Shown here piece after piece: positions 8,908 to 16,761 of a stretch of 34,601 nucleotides of DNA. The notes under the pieces were generated by a model that saw nothing but the letters and a program-made list of their open reading frames with translations, was not told the DNA's origin and did no database searches. Origin of the DNA: an uncultured Oscillospiraceae bacterium (GTDB lineage Bacteria > Bacillota > Clostridia > Peptostreptococcales > Anaerovoracaceae). The stretch covers positions 1 to 34,601 of the forward strand of contig CAZTHD010000001.1 in the NCBI GenBank assembly GCA_964613315.1. The letters are read 5' to 3'. The stretch's first letter is position 1, and every line of letters starts with the position of its first letter. A program made the position numbers and the translations under genes.

Positions 8908-9102
8908 ATGCAGGACTATAACGTATATTCCTGGTATTGCCCGAACTGCAGCCTGAAGCTTTCGGGAAGGAGGAACGCAGAGAATCTTATAAGAGTAAGA
9001 TGCGCAAGGTGCGGATCCGAGATGATTCGCAAACTGAAGAACCGCCGGTGCGATGTACTGTACATCTACGCTTCTGAAGGGGAGGAGCGTATAGGCGGAT
9101 AA
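8908..9102 (+). CDS. Small zinc-ribbon protein
   Basis: 64 aa with CPNCS...CARCGS. RBS AGGAGAG. Confidence 0.6.
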   Translation: MQDYNVYSWYCPNCSLKLSGRRNAENLIRVRCARCGSEMIRKLKNRRCDVLYIYASEGEERIGG

Positions 9103-9243
9103 TAAAAACTAAATCAGCGGCAGAAAGACGGGAAGGCCGGGATGAAACAGAGCCTATGCTAAGTCCTTTTCCAGATCGTCTGACCGTGCAGCTATAAAAA
9201 ATGCTGCGAACATGACCGGTTGGTTTGACCAGACATACGTGAG

Positions 9244-9316
9244 AGGCCGCCGGCAGCGCTTATGCGCCATTGCTTTTGCTTTGGCGCATGGGACTGCCGC
9301 GCGGCCTTTTTGTTTT
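9244..9316 (+). terminator. Strong compound hairpin terminator/attenuator upstream of the sigma-like gene
   Basis: Outer stem aggccgccggcag (9244-9256) / ctgccgCgcggcct (9294-9307, one bulge), inner stem atgcgcca / tggcgcat, then tttttgtttt. Confidence 0.75.
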
Positions 9317-9354
9317 ACCCAGCCGGAGAAAAACAAAAGGGGTTTAGGAGATAA

Positions 9355-9909
9355 ATGAAAGAAAAAAAGATAAAAAGCCTTGAAGGCTACGGGGAGTTCA
9401 GGGAAATGTGTTTCCCTTTTCTCCTTGAGGAGGAATATCCCGGATGGACGGGAGAGGAAAAGTGGGGGATCGTAACAGATCTTAGCGAGGATGCGCTCCT
9501 TGAGGAGTATCCGAAGATAATGGAGGCTCTTTCTCCCTATCTGATGCTTCCTTCCGGATACGGGGAGATCAGAAGGGAATACGAAAACAATGAAAGAAGA
9601 AGTAGAAGAGCAAAGGAGAGCGAAAGCCTCTTCGGATACGACGAAGATACGGAGGTCTGTCATCCGGCGCTTGTATCAGAAGATTTTACACAGGAGCTTG
9701 CGGACAGGGAGCTTCTTAAAGAAGCCTTTGCCTGCCTTACGGGGATTCAGAAAGAAAGAGTGTATAAGCATTATTTCCTTGGCATGAGCCTTAAGGAGAT
9801 CGCGGAAAGCGAAGGAGAAGGAGCGAGCAAAAACGCAGTATGGGAAAGCATTCGCACTGCTCTTAAAAAAATGAGAGACTTCATTGAAGGATTCGGAGGG
9901 GAAATATGA
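9355..9909 (+). CDS. Sigma-70 region-4-like HTH protein (Tn916 Orf7-type regulator)
   Basis: C-terminal LTGIQKERVYKHYFLGMSLKEIAESEGEGASKNAVWESIRTALKKMRDF resembles sigma region 4 / LuxR-type HTH. It sits upstream of xis-int, as in Tn916-family elements. Confidence 0.6.
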   Translation: MKEKKIKSLEGYGEFREMCFPFLLEEEYPGWTGEEKWGIVTDLSEDALLEEYPKIMEALSPYLMLPSGYGEIRREYENNERRSRRAKESESLFGYDEDTEVCHPALVSEDFTQELADRELLKEAFACLTGIQKERVYKHYFLGMSLKEIAESEGEGASKNAVWESIRTALKKMRDFIEGFGGEI

Positions 9910-10442
9910 GGAGAGAGAGAAATATAAGAAGAGGGGAGATCTGGCTCTGCGACTTAGGAGAGGAAAGGGGCAGCATCCAGGGAGGCATGAGGCCCGTGCT
10001 TGTAATAGAATCGGAAAGGATCTCAAGGAATGCTCCCACCGTCATAGTTGCCGCGATCACCTCGGTTATAAAAAAGGCTTATATGCCGTCCCATGTTATA
10101 CTGCCCGATTCCGCAGGGCTTGACAGAACCTCCATGGTCATGCTTGAGCAGGTCATGACTGTAAACAAGTATGATCTTGTAAGTTATATAGGCTTCCTTA
10201 CGGATCAGAAGACCTGGAGGATCATAAACAGCGGCCTTAAGAAAGTTTTCGGCATGTGGATATACAGAGAAGGAAGCCCTGCGGATATACGCTGCCTGTG
10301 CCCAAGTTGCGCACATGACTATATGGAGGCCGGCTACACAATAAAGCGCCTTGATCCCTTTGCACATTCAAAGGAGCGCTGCACAAAGTGCGAAGGTTTC
10401 GGCTACGACTATATCGTTTACGATCCGAGGCAGAAGGTATAG
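9906..10442 (+). CDS. PemK/MazF-family toxin-like protein with C-terminal Cys4 zinc-ribbon extension
   Basis: RRGEIWLCDLGEERGSIQGGMRPVLVIESERI..TVIVAAITS is the MazF pattern. The tail carries CLCPSC...CTKCEG. ATGA overlap with the sigma-like gene. Confidence 0.75.
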   Translation: MRRERNIRRGEIWLCDLGEERGSIQGGMRPVLVIESERISRNAPTVIVAAITSVIKKAYMPSHVILPDSAGLDRTSMVMLEQVMTVNKYDLVSYIGFLTDQKTWRIINSGLKKVFGMWIYREGSPADIRCLCPSCAHDYMEAGYTIKRLDPFAHSKERCTKCEGFGYDYIVYDPRQKV

Positions 10443-10451
10443 GAGGACGTC

Positions 10452-10661
10452 ATGGATATGGTAAATGAAATGTACGTTCCTCTCTGGGAAAGAAGCCTTC
10501 TTACTGTGGAGGAGGCAGCGAGCTATTTCGGGATAGGAAGAGACAAGATCAAGGAGATATCAAACGACGACAGGTGTCCCTTCGTACTGTGGGTAGGCAC
10601 AAAGAGGATGATCAAGAGAAAAAAGTTCGAGGAATACCTCGAAGAAATGTACTCGATATAA
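10452..10661 (+). CDS. xis: Tn916-type excisionase (Xis)
   Basis: VPLWERSLLTVEEAASYFGIGRDKIKEI...MIKRKKFEEYL resembles Tn916 Xis (IPIWER..LTIEEASKYFRIG...IKRKQFEK, from memory). Lies immediately upstream of int. Confidence 0.8.
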   Translation: MDMVNEMYVPLWERSLLTVEEAASYFGIGRDKIKEISNDDRCPFVLWVGTKRMIKRKKFEEYLEEMYSI

Positions 10662-10673
10662 GGTTTGTCAAGT

Positions 10674-10705
10674 GTGCGATTTATAGAATTTTGGGTAAAT
10701 CGCAC
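10674..10705. promoter_or_regulatory. Perfect 10-bp inverted repeat between xis and int
   Basis: gtgcgattta (10674-10683) / taaatcgcac (10696-10705) with 12-nt spacer. A second hairpin ttcctgcag/ctgcaggaa follows at ~10724-10746. Confidence 0.4.
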
Positions 10706-10783
10706 ATTTGAAAAGGATTCTCTTTTCCTGCAGAATACTGCAGGAAGAGAGATCCCAGATGCTTAGAAAGGGGAGGATTAAGA

Positions 10784-12016
10784 ATGGGACAGAAAAGAAT
10801 GGCCGGAAGGCAGGTCCTTAAAAAAGGCGAGGGCCAAAGATCAAACGGTACGTTTTACTACCGCTGGGTGGACAGAAAAGGCGAACGCCGGGTGATCTAC
10901 TCAAAGACCCTTACGGCTTTAAGGGAACGTGAGAAGGAAATGAATAAAGACCTTGCCGACGGGATCAAGTACGAGGCAAGGTATACCACGGTAAACGATA
11001 TGTATAAGGCATGGAAAGATATCAAACGGGGCCTTCGAGACAGCACCTTCATGAACTATACGTATATGTACGAGACCTTTGTTGAGCCGACCTTCGGAAG
11101 GTCGCGCATAAGCCAGGTGAAAAAGTCGGATGTGAAGCACTTCTACAATACCCTTGCGGACGAAAGGAATCTGAAAGCGGCAACTATTGACAGTATACAC
11201 ACCGTCATCCATCAGGTGTTCGAGATGGCAGTCGAGGATATGTATATCAGAGCCAATCCGGCAGACAACGCTCTCAAGGAACTCAAGAGATCCCATGTGT
11301 ATAAGTCTGAAAAAAGAAGGGGACTTACACTGCCGGAGCAGGAGCTGCTTCTAAGCTTTCTTAAGAAATCAAAATACGTGCACTGGTATCCTGTGATCGC
11401 GGTGATGGCCGGTACGGGAATGAGAGTGGGAGAAGTGACAGGCCTTCGCTGGCAGGACATAGATCTTGATAAGGGGATCATAGACGTAAACCACTCCCTC
11501 ATCTATTACAACCACAGGGAGGAAGGGTACAGGAACGGAAGCTATTTCAACGTCCATGAGCCTAAGACCGAAGCCGGCATAAGGCAGGTTCCTATGATCG
11601 GGTTTGTAAAGGAAGCCTTCCTTATGGAAAGGGAATACCAGAAGGAACTTGGTATAACGTGCAATTCCGTTATTGACGGTTACACGGACTTCATATTCCT
11701 TAACCGCAACGGCGAAGTGTACGGGTATTCGCAGATCAACAAGGCGATAAAGAGGATCATAAGGGACTGCAATGACGAGCAGTTCCTTAAAAGTGAGACC
11801 CCGGATGTTCTGCTTCCGAACTTCAGCTGCCATAATCTCCGTCACACCTTCACGACCAGGATGTGCGAAGCCGGAGTGAATATAAAGCTGATGCAGGACA
11901 TACTGGGGCATACGGATATTTCAACGACCCTGAATATCTACGCTGATGCCACAAAAGAACTGAGAGAAAAGGAGATGGAGAATCTTGAGCAGTATTTTGC
12001 GGGGATGGGAGCATGA
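10784..12016 (+). CDS. int: Tyrosine recombinase/integrase, Tn916 family
   Basis: 410 aa. TGMRVGEVTGLRWQDID, HNLRHTFTTRMCEAG, LGHTDISTTLNIYAD supply the R...HxxR...Y catalytic pattern. RBS GGGGAGGA. Confidence 0.9.
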   Translation: MGQKRMAGRQVLKKGEGQRSNGTFYYRWVDRKGERRVIYSKTLTALREREKEMNKDLADGIKYEARYTTVNDMYKAWKDIKRGLRDSTFMNYTYMYETFVEPTFGRSRISQVKKSDVKHFYNTLADERNLKAATIDSIHTVIHQVFEMAVEDMYIRANPADNALKELKRSHVYKSEKRRGLTLPEQELLLSFLKKSKYVHWYPVIAVMAGTGMRVGEVTGLRWQDIDLDKGIIDVNHSLIYYNHREEGYRNGSYFNVHEPKTEAGIRQVPMIGFVKEAFLMEREYQKELGITCNSVIDGYTDFIFLNRNGEVYGYSQINKAIKRIIRDCNDEQFLKSETPDVLLPNFSCHNLRHTFTTRMCEAGVNIKLMQDILGHTDISTTLNIYADATKELREKEMENLEQYFAGMGA

Positions 12017-13806
12017 GCTACGAAAGTATAAACAGTGAAGACGCAAGGACCTTCATACCGGCAAAACCTAAGATCAATCTGACCGAAAAGGACCGTTTCT
12101 TCCGGGTCTGCGCATACTGCCGCGTCTCCACGGACAACGATGAGCAGCTCACATCCTTCGAGCTTCAGCAGGCCCACTATATGCAGCTCATGCAGGATCA
12201 TCCCAACTGGGAGCTTAAGCATATCTTTGCAGACCAGGGTATTTCAGGAACCTCCCTTAAGAACCGCGACGAGTTCAATGAGATGATAGCGGCCTGCAGG
12301 AGGGGCGAATACGATCTGATCGTGACAAAGAGCGTATCCCGTTTCGCAAGAAACCTTGTGGACTGCATCTCGCTCATACGTATGCTGAAGGGCCTTGATC
12401 CGCCCGTCGGGGTGTACTTCGAGACGGACAATCTCTATACGCTTGGGGAGAATACGGAGTTCATGCTTTCCTTCCTTGCGACCTTCGCCCAGGAGGAATC
12501 GGTGAAGAAGAGCGAGGCCATGAACTGGTCCCTCCACCAGCGCTTCAAGGACGGAAAGCTTCTTACTCCCGCGCTTCTGGGCTACGACCGCCCCAGAGAC
12601 AGCGCCGGGCACTATATAAAATATGCGCCGCTGATCGTGAACGAGGAGGAGGCCAGGATAGTCCGCTTTATATATGATGCATACCTCTCCGGATGGTCCT
12701 CGGAGCAGATAGCGTCGTTTCTCAGAGACATAGAATGCAGGACAAAAAGGGGAAGCTGCGACTGGACCGCAACGTCCGTCGGATACATCCTGTCCAACGA
12801 GCGCTACTGCGGAAGCGTTCTGACCTGGAAGACATTTACGGCGGATCTTTATGAGCATAAGCATAAGAAGAACAGGCAGGACAGGGACCAGTACCTCTAC
12901 AGGGACAGGCATCCGGCTATAATCAGCGTTGAGACTTTTGAAGCGGTCCAGGTGCTTATTGAAAACAGAAAGCATCACATAAGAGGCCCCATGCCGTCCC
13001 TTCAGGTGATAGAAGAAGGGATCTTCAGGGGATACGTTCCTGTAAACCATCACTGGGTGAACGACGATCCTAATATTTATTACGACGTCTCAAATTCGGT
13101 GGCGGGAAGAGCAAGGGCAAGGACCATTGCAAAGGCTGCCTTGAGCGTCTTTGATCTTTCAGGATACCAGGTCGTGAGAAACCAGTTTACCCAGGTCAGG
13201 TATGAAGGACCTGCGATCACGGTAACAGACCGCAGGATTACCTTCAATACCTTCTGCATGAGGACTTTCGGTGACGTCGGATACATCCAGCTCCTTCTGC
13301 ATCCCGCCGAAAGAAGGATAGCGATACGTCCCTGCAGGGAGCGCGATACGCACAGCATAAGGTGGAGACCGGATCCTTCCGCTTCCGTATATCCGAAAAC
13401 CCTTTCCTGCCCCCATTTCGGGACCGCGCTGTTCAGCATAATGGGATGGGATCCTGATTACGTCTACAAGGTGCGCGGCGTATGGGCGAAAAGAGGAAAG
13501 GAACAGATAATGGTCTTCAGCCTCGGTGCAGCGGTCCCTTCAGTGCAGCTTTCAGGTGATGAGGAAACCAGGAGGAAGAGAAGGGTGGAAATGTGCCCGG
13601 AGGAGTGGGAGGACGATTTCGGGGAGGAGTTCTATGAGCACGCTCTTGACAACGGCTTCTATTACCTCTCGCCTGGATCCGGATGGCATGCCGATGCAGA
13701 AAGCATCCCGGCTCCCGGAATGGAGCAGTTCCCCGTGCCGGGCATGGATGACCTCAAGGAAACAATGATGATGCTTACAGGAGAAAGGGAGAATGAAGAT
13801 GAATGA
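12013..13806 (+). CDS. Large serine recombinase with non-canonical C-terminal domain
   Basis: CAYCRVSTDNDEQ and VTKSVSRFARN (resolvase catalytic domain), then a recombinase domain (YCGSVLTWK...). No CxxC zinc-ribbon follows. Start ATG overlaps the int stop (ATGA). Confidence 0.9.
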   Translation: MSYESINSEDARTFIPAKPKINLTEKDRFFRVCAYCRVSTDNDEQLTSFELQQAHYMQLMQDHPNWELKHIFADQGISGTSLKNRDEFNEMIAACRRGEYDLIVTKSVSRFARNLVDCISLIRMLKGLDPPVGVYFETDNLYTLGENTEFMLSFLATFAQEESVKKSEAMNWSLHQRFKDGKLLTPALLGYDRPRDSAGHYIKYAPLIVNEEEARIVRFIYDAYLSGWSSEQIASFLRDIECRTKRGSCDWTATSVGYILSNERYCGSVLTWKTFTADLYEHKHKKNRQDRDQYLYRDRHPAIISVETFEAVQVLIENRKHHIRGPMPSLQVIEEGIFRGYVPVNHHWVNDDPNIYYDVSNSVAGRARARTIAKAALSVFDLSGYQVVRNQFTQVRYEGPAITVTDRRITFNTFCMRTFGDVGYIQLLLHPAERRIAIRPCRERDTHSIRWRPDPSASVYPKTLSCPHFGTALFSIMGWDPDYVYKVRGVWAKRGKEQIMVFSLGAAVPSVQLSGDEETRRKRRVEMCPEEWEDDFGEEFYEHALDNGFYYLSPGSGWHADAESIPAPGMEQFPVPGMDDLKETMMMLTGERENEDE

Positions 13807-14404
13807 CAGCGAAGCGGAAAGGATAATCGAGGGAGCAAGGATCATAACTAATGCGGACGATGAACCGGAGATCATTGCGGACCTTGCAGGATATCAGGTC
13901 ACAAAGGCGGAGCTCTTTGCACACTCAAGGGAACCGGCCGTGACCATATGGGAATCGAGGATCAAGTTCAATATGGCGTGCCTTAGGAAGTTTCCGGGAG
14001 TCACACATATCCAGATACTGATACATCCGGAGCAGAAAAGACTGATTATAAGGCCATGCGAAGCCGATGCTCCGGATTCGCTCCGCTGGGCAAAAGGCGG
14101 CGGAGAAAAGGAGCTTTCAAACAGGGATCTTCGCTGCAAGATCTTTGCGGCAAAGGTCTTCGAGCTCATGGGCTGGGATCCCCAGTATCACTACAAAATG
14201 ATGGGAAAGCCCGCCGTCTACAACGGGGAGATACTCTTTCTTTTCAAGCTCACGGATTTCGAGCTGTTTGTAAGCAACGGAAGGAAGAGAAAATCATACC
14301 TTCCTGAGGAGTGGAGAGACTATTTCGGAATACCTGCAGATCAGCACGAGGAGTCGTACAAGGTCGATCTTGCGGATGGATATATAACGACTGATAAAGC
14401 ATAG
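13793..14404 (+). CDS. Stand-alone paralog 1 of the serine-recombinase C-terminal domain
   Basis: 203 aa, aligning with recombinase residues ~378-545 (e.g. PAVTIWESRIKFNMACLRKFPGVTHIQILIHPEQKRLIIRPC vs PAITVTDRRITFNTFCMRTFGDVGYIQLLLHPAERRIAIRPC). 14-nt overlap with the recombinase gene. Confidence 0.75.
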   Translation: MKMNDSEAERIIEGARIITNADDEPEIIADLAGYQVTKAELFAHSREPAVTIWESRIKFNMACLRKFPGVTHIQILIHPEQKRLIIRPCEADAPDSLRWAKGGGEKELSNRDLRCKIFAAKVFELMGWDPQYHYKMMGKPAVYNGEILFLFKLTDFELFVSNGRKRKSYLPEEWRDYFGIPADQHEESYKVDLADGYITTDKA

Positions 14405-14415
14405 GAGGTTAAACG

Positions 14416-14877
14416 ATGGATCAGATAAACAGCATCAAAGAAATAAGTATGGACGGATTTCAGGTGGTGAGCGGCAGCATGTTCCGGCACAGGACTCAGT
14501 TTACTTCGCCGACGGCAACTATCTGGCCGGACTACATCGGCTTCAACAAAAATGCGCTTCTTTCTCTTAACAACTGCGAGAGGGTGCGCATAGAGGTAAA
14601 TACGGCAAAGCGCTGCATTCTCGTGGTTCCGGTCACGGAAAGTGACAGGGACGGAATCAGATGGGCAAAAAACACCCAGATCCCGGCGCAGCGGAAGATG
14701 TGGTGCGAGGCGTTTGCAGCCCAGCTTTACGACATATGGGAGCTTGACAGTCAGATGGCTTACAAAGCTACCGGAAAACCTGTTTCAGCGGACGGAAAGA
14801 TAATGCTGCTCTTTGATTTCAGCAATCCGGACTGCTGGATGATACACAAGAAGGAGAAGAAGGAAGATGGCAAGTGA
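14416..14877 (+). CDS. Stand-alone paralog 2 of the same domain
   Basis: 153 aa. PTATIWPDYIGFNKNALLSL..RVRIEVNTAKRCILVVPV..DGIRWAK..WELDSQMAYKATGKP shows the same blocks in the same order. Confidence 0.7.
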   Translation: MDQINSIKEISMDGFQVVSGSMFRHRTQFTSPTATIWPDYIGFNKNALLSLNNCERVRIEVNTAKRCILVVPVTESDRDGIRWAKNTQIPAQRKMWCEAFAAQLYDIWELDSQMAYKATGKPVSADGKIMLLFDFSNPDCWMIHKKEKKEDGK

Positions 14878-15214
14878 TATCACGATCTCTTTCTATCTTA
14901 AGGATACAAGGATCTGCATCTATTCAGCCGTGCTTAAGGGAATAGGGAGCCCCTCAAGGATATGTTTCATGATAAGTGATAACGGTGACAACCTTCTCGT
15001 ATCACCTTATGAGAAGAAGGATCTTAAATCCCACAGCGTTCCTGCAAGGGTATACGCAGGAGAGGACTCCATGAGAGTGAATAGCTACGTTCTCTGCCGT
15101 ATCATAGCGGAGTTGCACGGATGGGATCTGAACCGTTCCTACAGGGTCCCGGGAGAGATCATCCCGGAAAGAGAAGTTGCAGTGTTTTTTCTGAAGGAAG
15201 CAAAGGTGATCTGA
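14867..15214 (+). CDS. Stand-alone paralog 3 (most divergent) of the same domain
   Basis: 115 aa. ICFMISDNGDNLLVSPY and LHGWDLNRSYRVPGE correspond to the IQILIHP..LIIRP and MGWDP.Y.YK..G blocks. 11-nt overlap with the previous gene. Confidence 0.55.
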   Translation: MASDITISFYLKDTRICIYSAVLKGIGSPSRICFMISDNGDNLLVSPYEKKDLKSHSVPARVYAGEDSMRVNSYVLCRIIAELHGWDLNRSYRVPGEIIPEREVAVFFLKEAKVI

Positions 15215-15217
15215 ATT

Positions 15218-15445
15218 ATGCAGGCCTATTATATTAAAATATTGAAAAATCACATCAGGTATTACCGTGAGATAGCGGGGCTGTCTCAGTCGGAACTGGC
15301 CCGCGCGATCGGCGTTTCTCAGCAGTCTGTAAACAAATATGAGCACGGTGTGATGAATCCGGGCCTTGCCACTGCGGTAAGGCTGTCGGATCTGTTCGAC
15401 GTATCCGTAAGGGATCTGTTTGAGTTTGAAGAGGGGTATTACTGA
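15218..15445 (+). CDS. XRE-family HTH transcriptional regulator
   Basis: 75 aa. IRYYREIAGLSQSELARAIGVSQQSVNKYEHGVMNPGLATAVRLSDLFDVSVRDLF. Confidence 0.8.
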   Translation: MQAYYIKILKNHIRYYREIAGLSQSELARAIGVSQQSVNKYEHGVMNPGLATAVRLSDLFDVSVRDLFEFEEGYY

Positions 15446-15487
15446 AAAGGCATATCAGCTGTATATAATCTGCAGACAACCGGGAGA

Positions 15488-15509
15488 GCAGTACAAAATT
15501 TTGTACTGC
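15488..15509. promoter_or_regulatory. Perfect 22-bp palindrome (operator or weak terminator)
   Basis: GCAGTACAAAATTTTGTACTGC, self-complementary, followed by ctttctg. Lies between the XRE gene and the 15592 ORF. Confidence 0.4.
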
Positions 15510-15591
15510 CTTTCTGATAGAATGCATACTGGAAGGAGGCCTTAAGGCTTCCGCAGCAGAGAATTAATATCAGGACCGGGAGGGAATCGGA

Positions 15592-15894
15592 ATGGCAACA
15601 GTATACTGCAGATCGACAGGACACAACGTCCACAGCTTTTATATCAGGACCGGAAGAGAGGAATTCTTCCTCTTCAGCCAGACATTCAGGAAAGGGGTCC
15701 ACGAGTACTACGCAGGCGGCGTAAACTTAAGCGGAGCCATGGACTGCTCCAGGGGAAGACACGACAGTCAGCTCCTCAGGACCATGAACAAGATCCCGAA
15801 ATACATAGCATATGTGGAGAAGGAATACGATACCGTAATACTGGACAGGACCAGAAAGAACAGGGAAAAGCACAGACTTGCCCTGGCAAACTGA
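15592..15894 (+). CDS. Hypothetical protein
   Basis: 100-aa ORF with RBS GGGAGGGA. No motif recognised. Confidence 0.5.
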   Translation: MATVYCRSTGHNVHSFYIRTGREEFFLFSQTFRKGVHEYYAGGVNLSGAMDCSRGRHDSQLLRTMNKIPKYIAYVEKEYDTVILDRTRKNREKHRLALAN

Positions 15895-15912
15895 TAAGGA
15901 TAAGAAAGGGGA

Positions 15913-16338
15913 TTGATATATATGAATAAGGTTATGCTTATAGGAAGACTTACTAAGGATCCGGAGGTCAGGTATACCAATGCGTCACAGACGGCAGTGG
16001 CAAGATTCTCTCTTGCCATAGACAGAGGGAAGAAAGCAAACGGAGAAGACGCCGGAACGGACTTTCCCACCGTAGTTGCATTCGGAAAGACTGCGGAACT
16101 CATTGAGAAATATGTATCAAAGGGGCAGCAGATTGCAGTCGAGGGAAGAATTCAGACAGGTTCTTACGAACGGGATGGCGTAAAACACTACACCACCGAT
16201 GTAGTTGCCGAAAGGGTTGAGTTCCTCGGCAAAAAGGAAAGCACGGACGATCTTCCGAAAGGGCTTGGGAAGACGGAAGATGCAAGCGATGCCCTCAGTG
16301 TGTTCTCGAGTATTACGGATGACGATATACCGTTCTGA
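15913..16338 (+). CDS. ssb: Single-stranded DNA-binding protein
   Basis: MNKVMLIGRLTKDPEVRYT...VARFSLA OB-fold N-terminus and the acidic C-terminal tail DDDIPF characteristic of bacterial SSB. Confidence 0.9.
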   Translation: MIYMNKVMLIGRLTKDPEVRYTNASQTAVARFSLAIDRGKKANGEDAGTDFPTVVAFGKTAELIEKYVSKGQQIAVEGRIQTGSYERDGVKHYTTDVVAERVEFLGKKESTDDLPKGLGKTEDASDALSVFSSITDDDIPF

Positions 16339-16354
16339 AGGGAGGTTTAGGAAG

Positions 16355-16525
16355 ATGAGTTTACTCTTTTTCACAAAGGAAAGATACAAAGACCCTGAGT
16401 ATTACAAGGCTCTGGGCGAATGCGATTATGACTGCCTTGCATGCAGGCATCTGGATGTCGACTGTGAGGGGGATGAACTGGAGGATCCGGAACTCTTCCA
16501 GGAACTGTTTGATGAAGACTTGTAA
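16355..16525 (+). CDS. Small acidic Cys-containing protein
   Basis: 56 aa from the ATG at 16355 (RBS GGGAGG). CDYDCLACRHLDVDCEGDELEDPELFQELFDEDL. The longer track ORF (16205) overlaps ssb. Confidence 0.5.
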   Translation: MSLLFFTKERYKDPEYYKALGECDYDCLACRHLDVDCEGDELEDPELFQELFDEDL

Positions 16526-16548
16526 TGGGAAGAATGAGAGGGGTAGAT

Positions 16549-16761
16549 ATGAAAAAAGCAACAAAAACGGAACAGAAGCAGATGAGGGACTTTGCACTCA
16601 TATTCGGTAAGGATTCATACCTCAGCATGGCTGATGACGGAGCCAGACTTATTTCCACCCTTGCCGGTGCGGAGGGTCACACTATTATTGCCAGGTACGA
16701 TTTGAAGAATGATATGGTAGAGAGTCTCATCCGAGAAAGAGATGATATCGGCGCAAGATAG
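16549..16761 (+). CDS. Hypothetical protein
   Basis: In-frame ATG at 16549 is preceded by GAGAGGGG (the track ORF starts at 16525). No motif recognised. Confidence 0.45.
   Translation: MKKATKTEQKQMRDFALIFGKDSYLSMADDGARLISTLAGAEGHTIIARYDLKNDMVESLIRERDDIGAR

Larger units (their letters stand above)
1..12016 (+). mobile_element. Distal part of a Tn916/Tn1549-like integrative conjugative element (hydrolase - cargo - regulation - xis - int); left end is outside the window and the right boundary is unresolved
   Basis: Order CHAP hydrolase / AT-rich cargo / Zn-ribbon genes / sigma region-4 protein / Xis / tyrosine integrase, all on + strand, mirrors the conjugation-cargo-orf7-xis-int layout of Tn916-family ICEs. 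No terminal repeat was found, and int overlaps the next gene. Confidence 0.55.

Noticed and set aside
9154-9663. 169-aa minus-strand ORF
   Set aside because: It spans the compound terminator hairpin and the 5-prime half of the sigma-like gene. Its low-complexity composition marks it as spurious.
10919-11911. 125-, 96- and 180-aa minus-strand ORFs antisense to the first integrase
   Set aside because: They overlap a well-supported tyrosine recombinase CDS, and their Arg/Pro/His-rich composition is typical of antisense frames.
12244-13053. 269-aa minus-strand ORF (plus 77-, 61-, 119- and 85-aa ORFs) antisense to the serine recombinase
   Set aside because: It lies entirely inside a gene with unmistakable resolvase/recombinase motifs. 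The region is GC-richer, which generates long spurious antisense ORFs. No RBS or recognisable motif is present.
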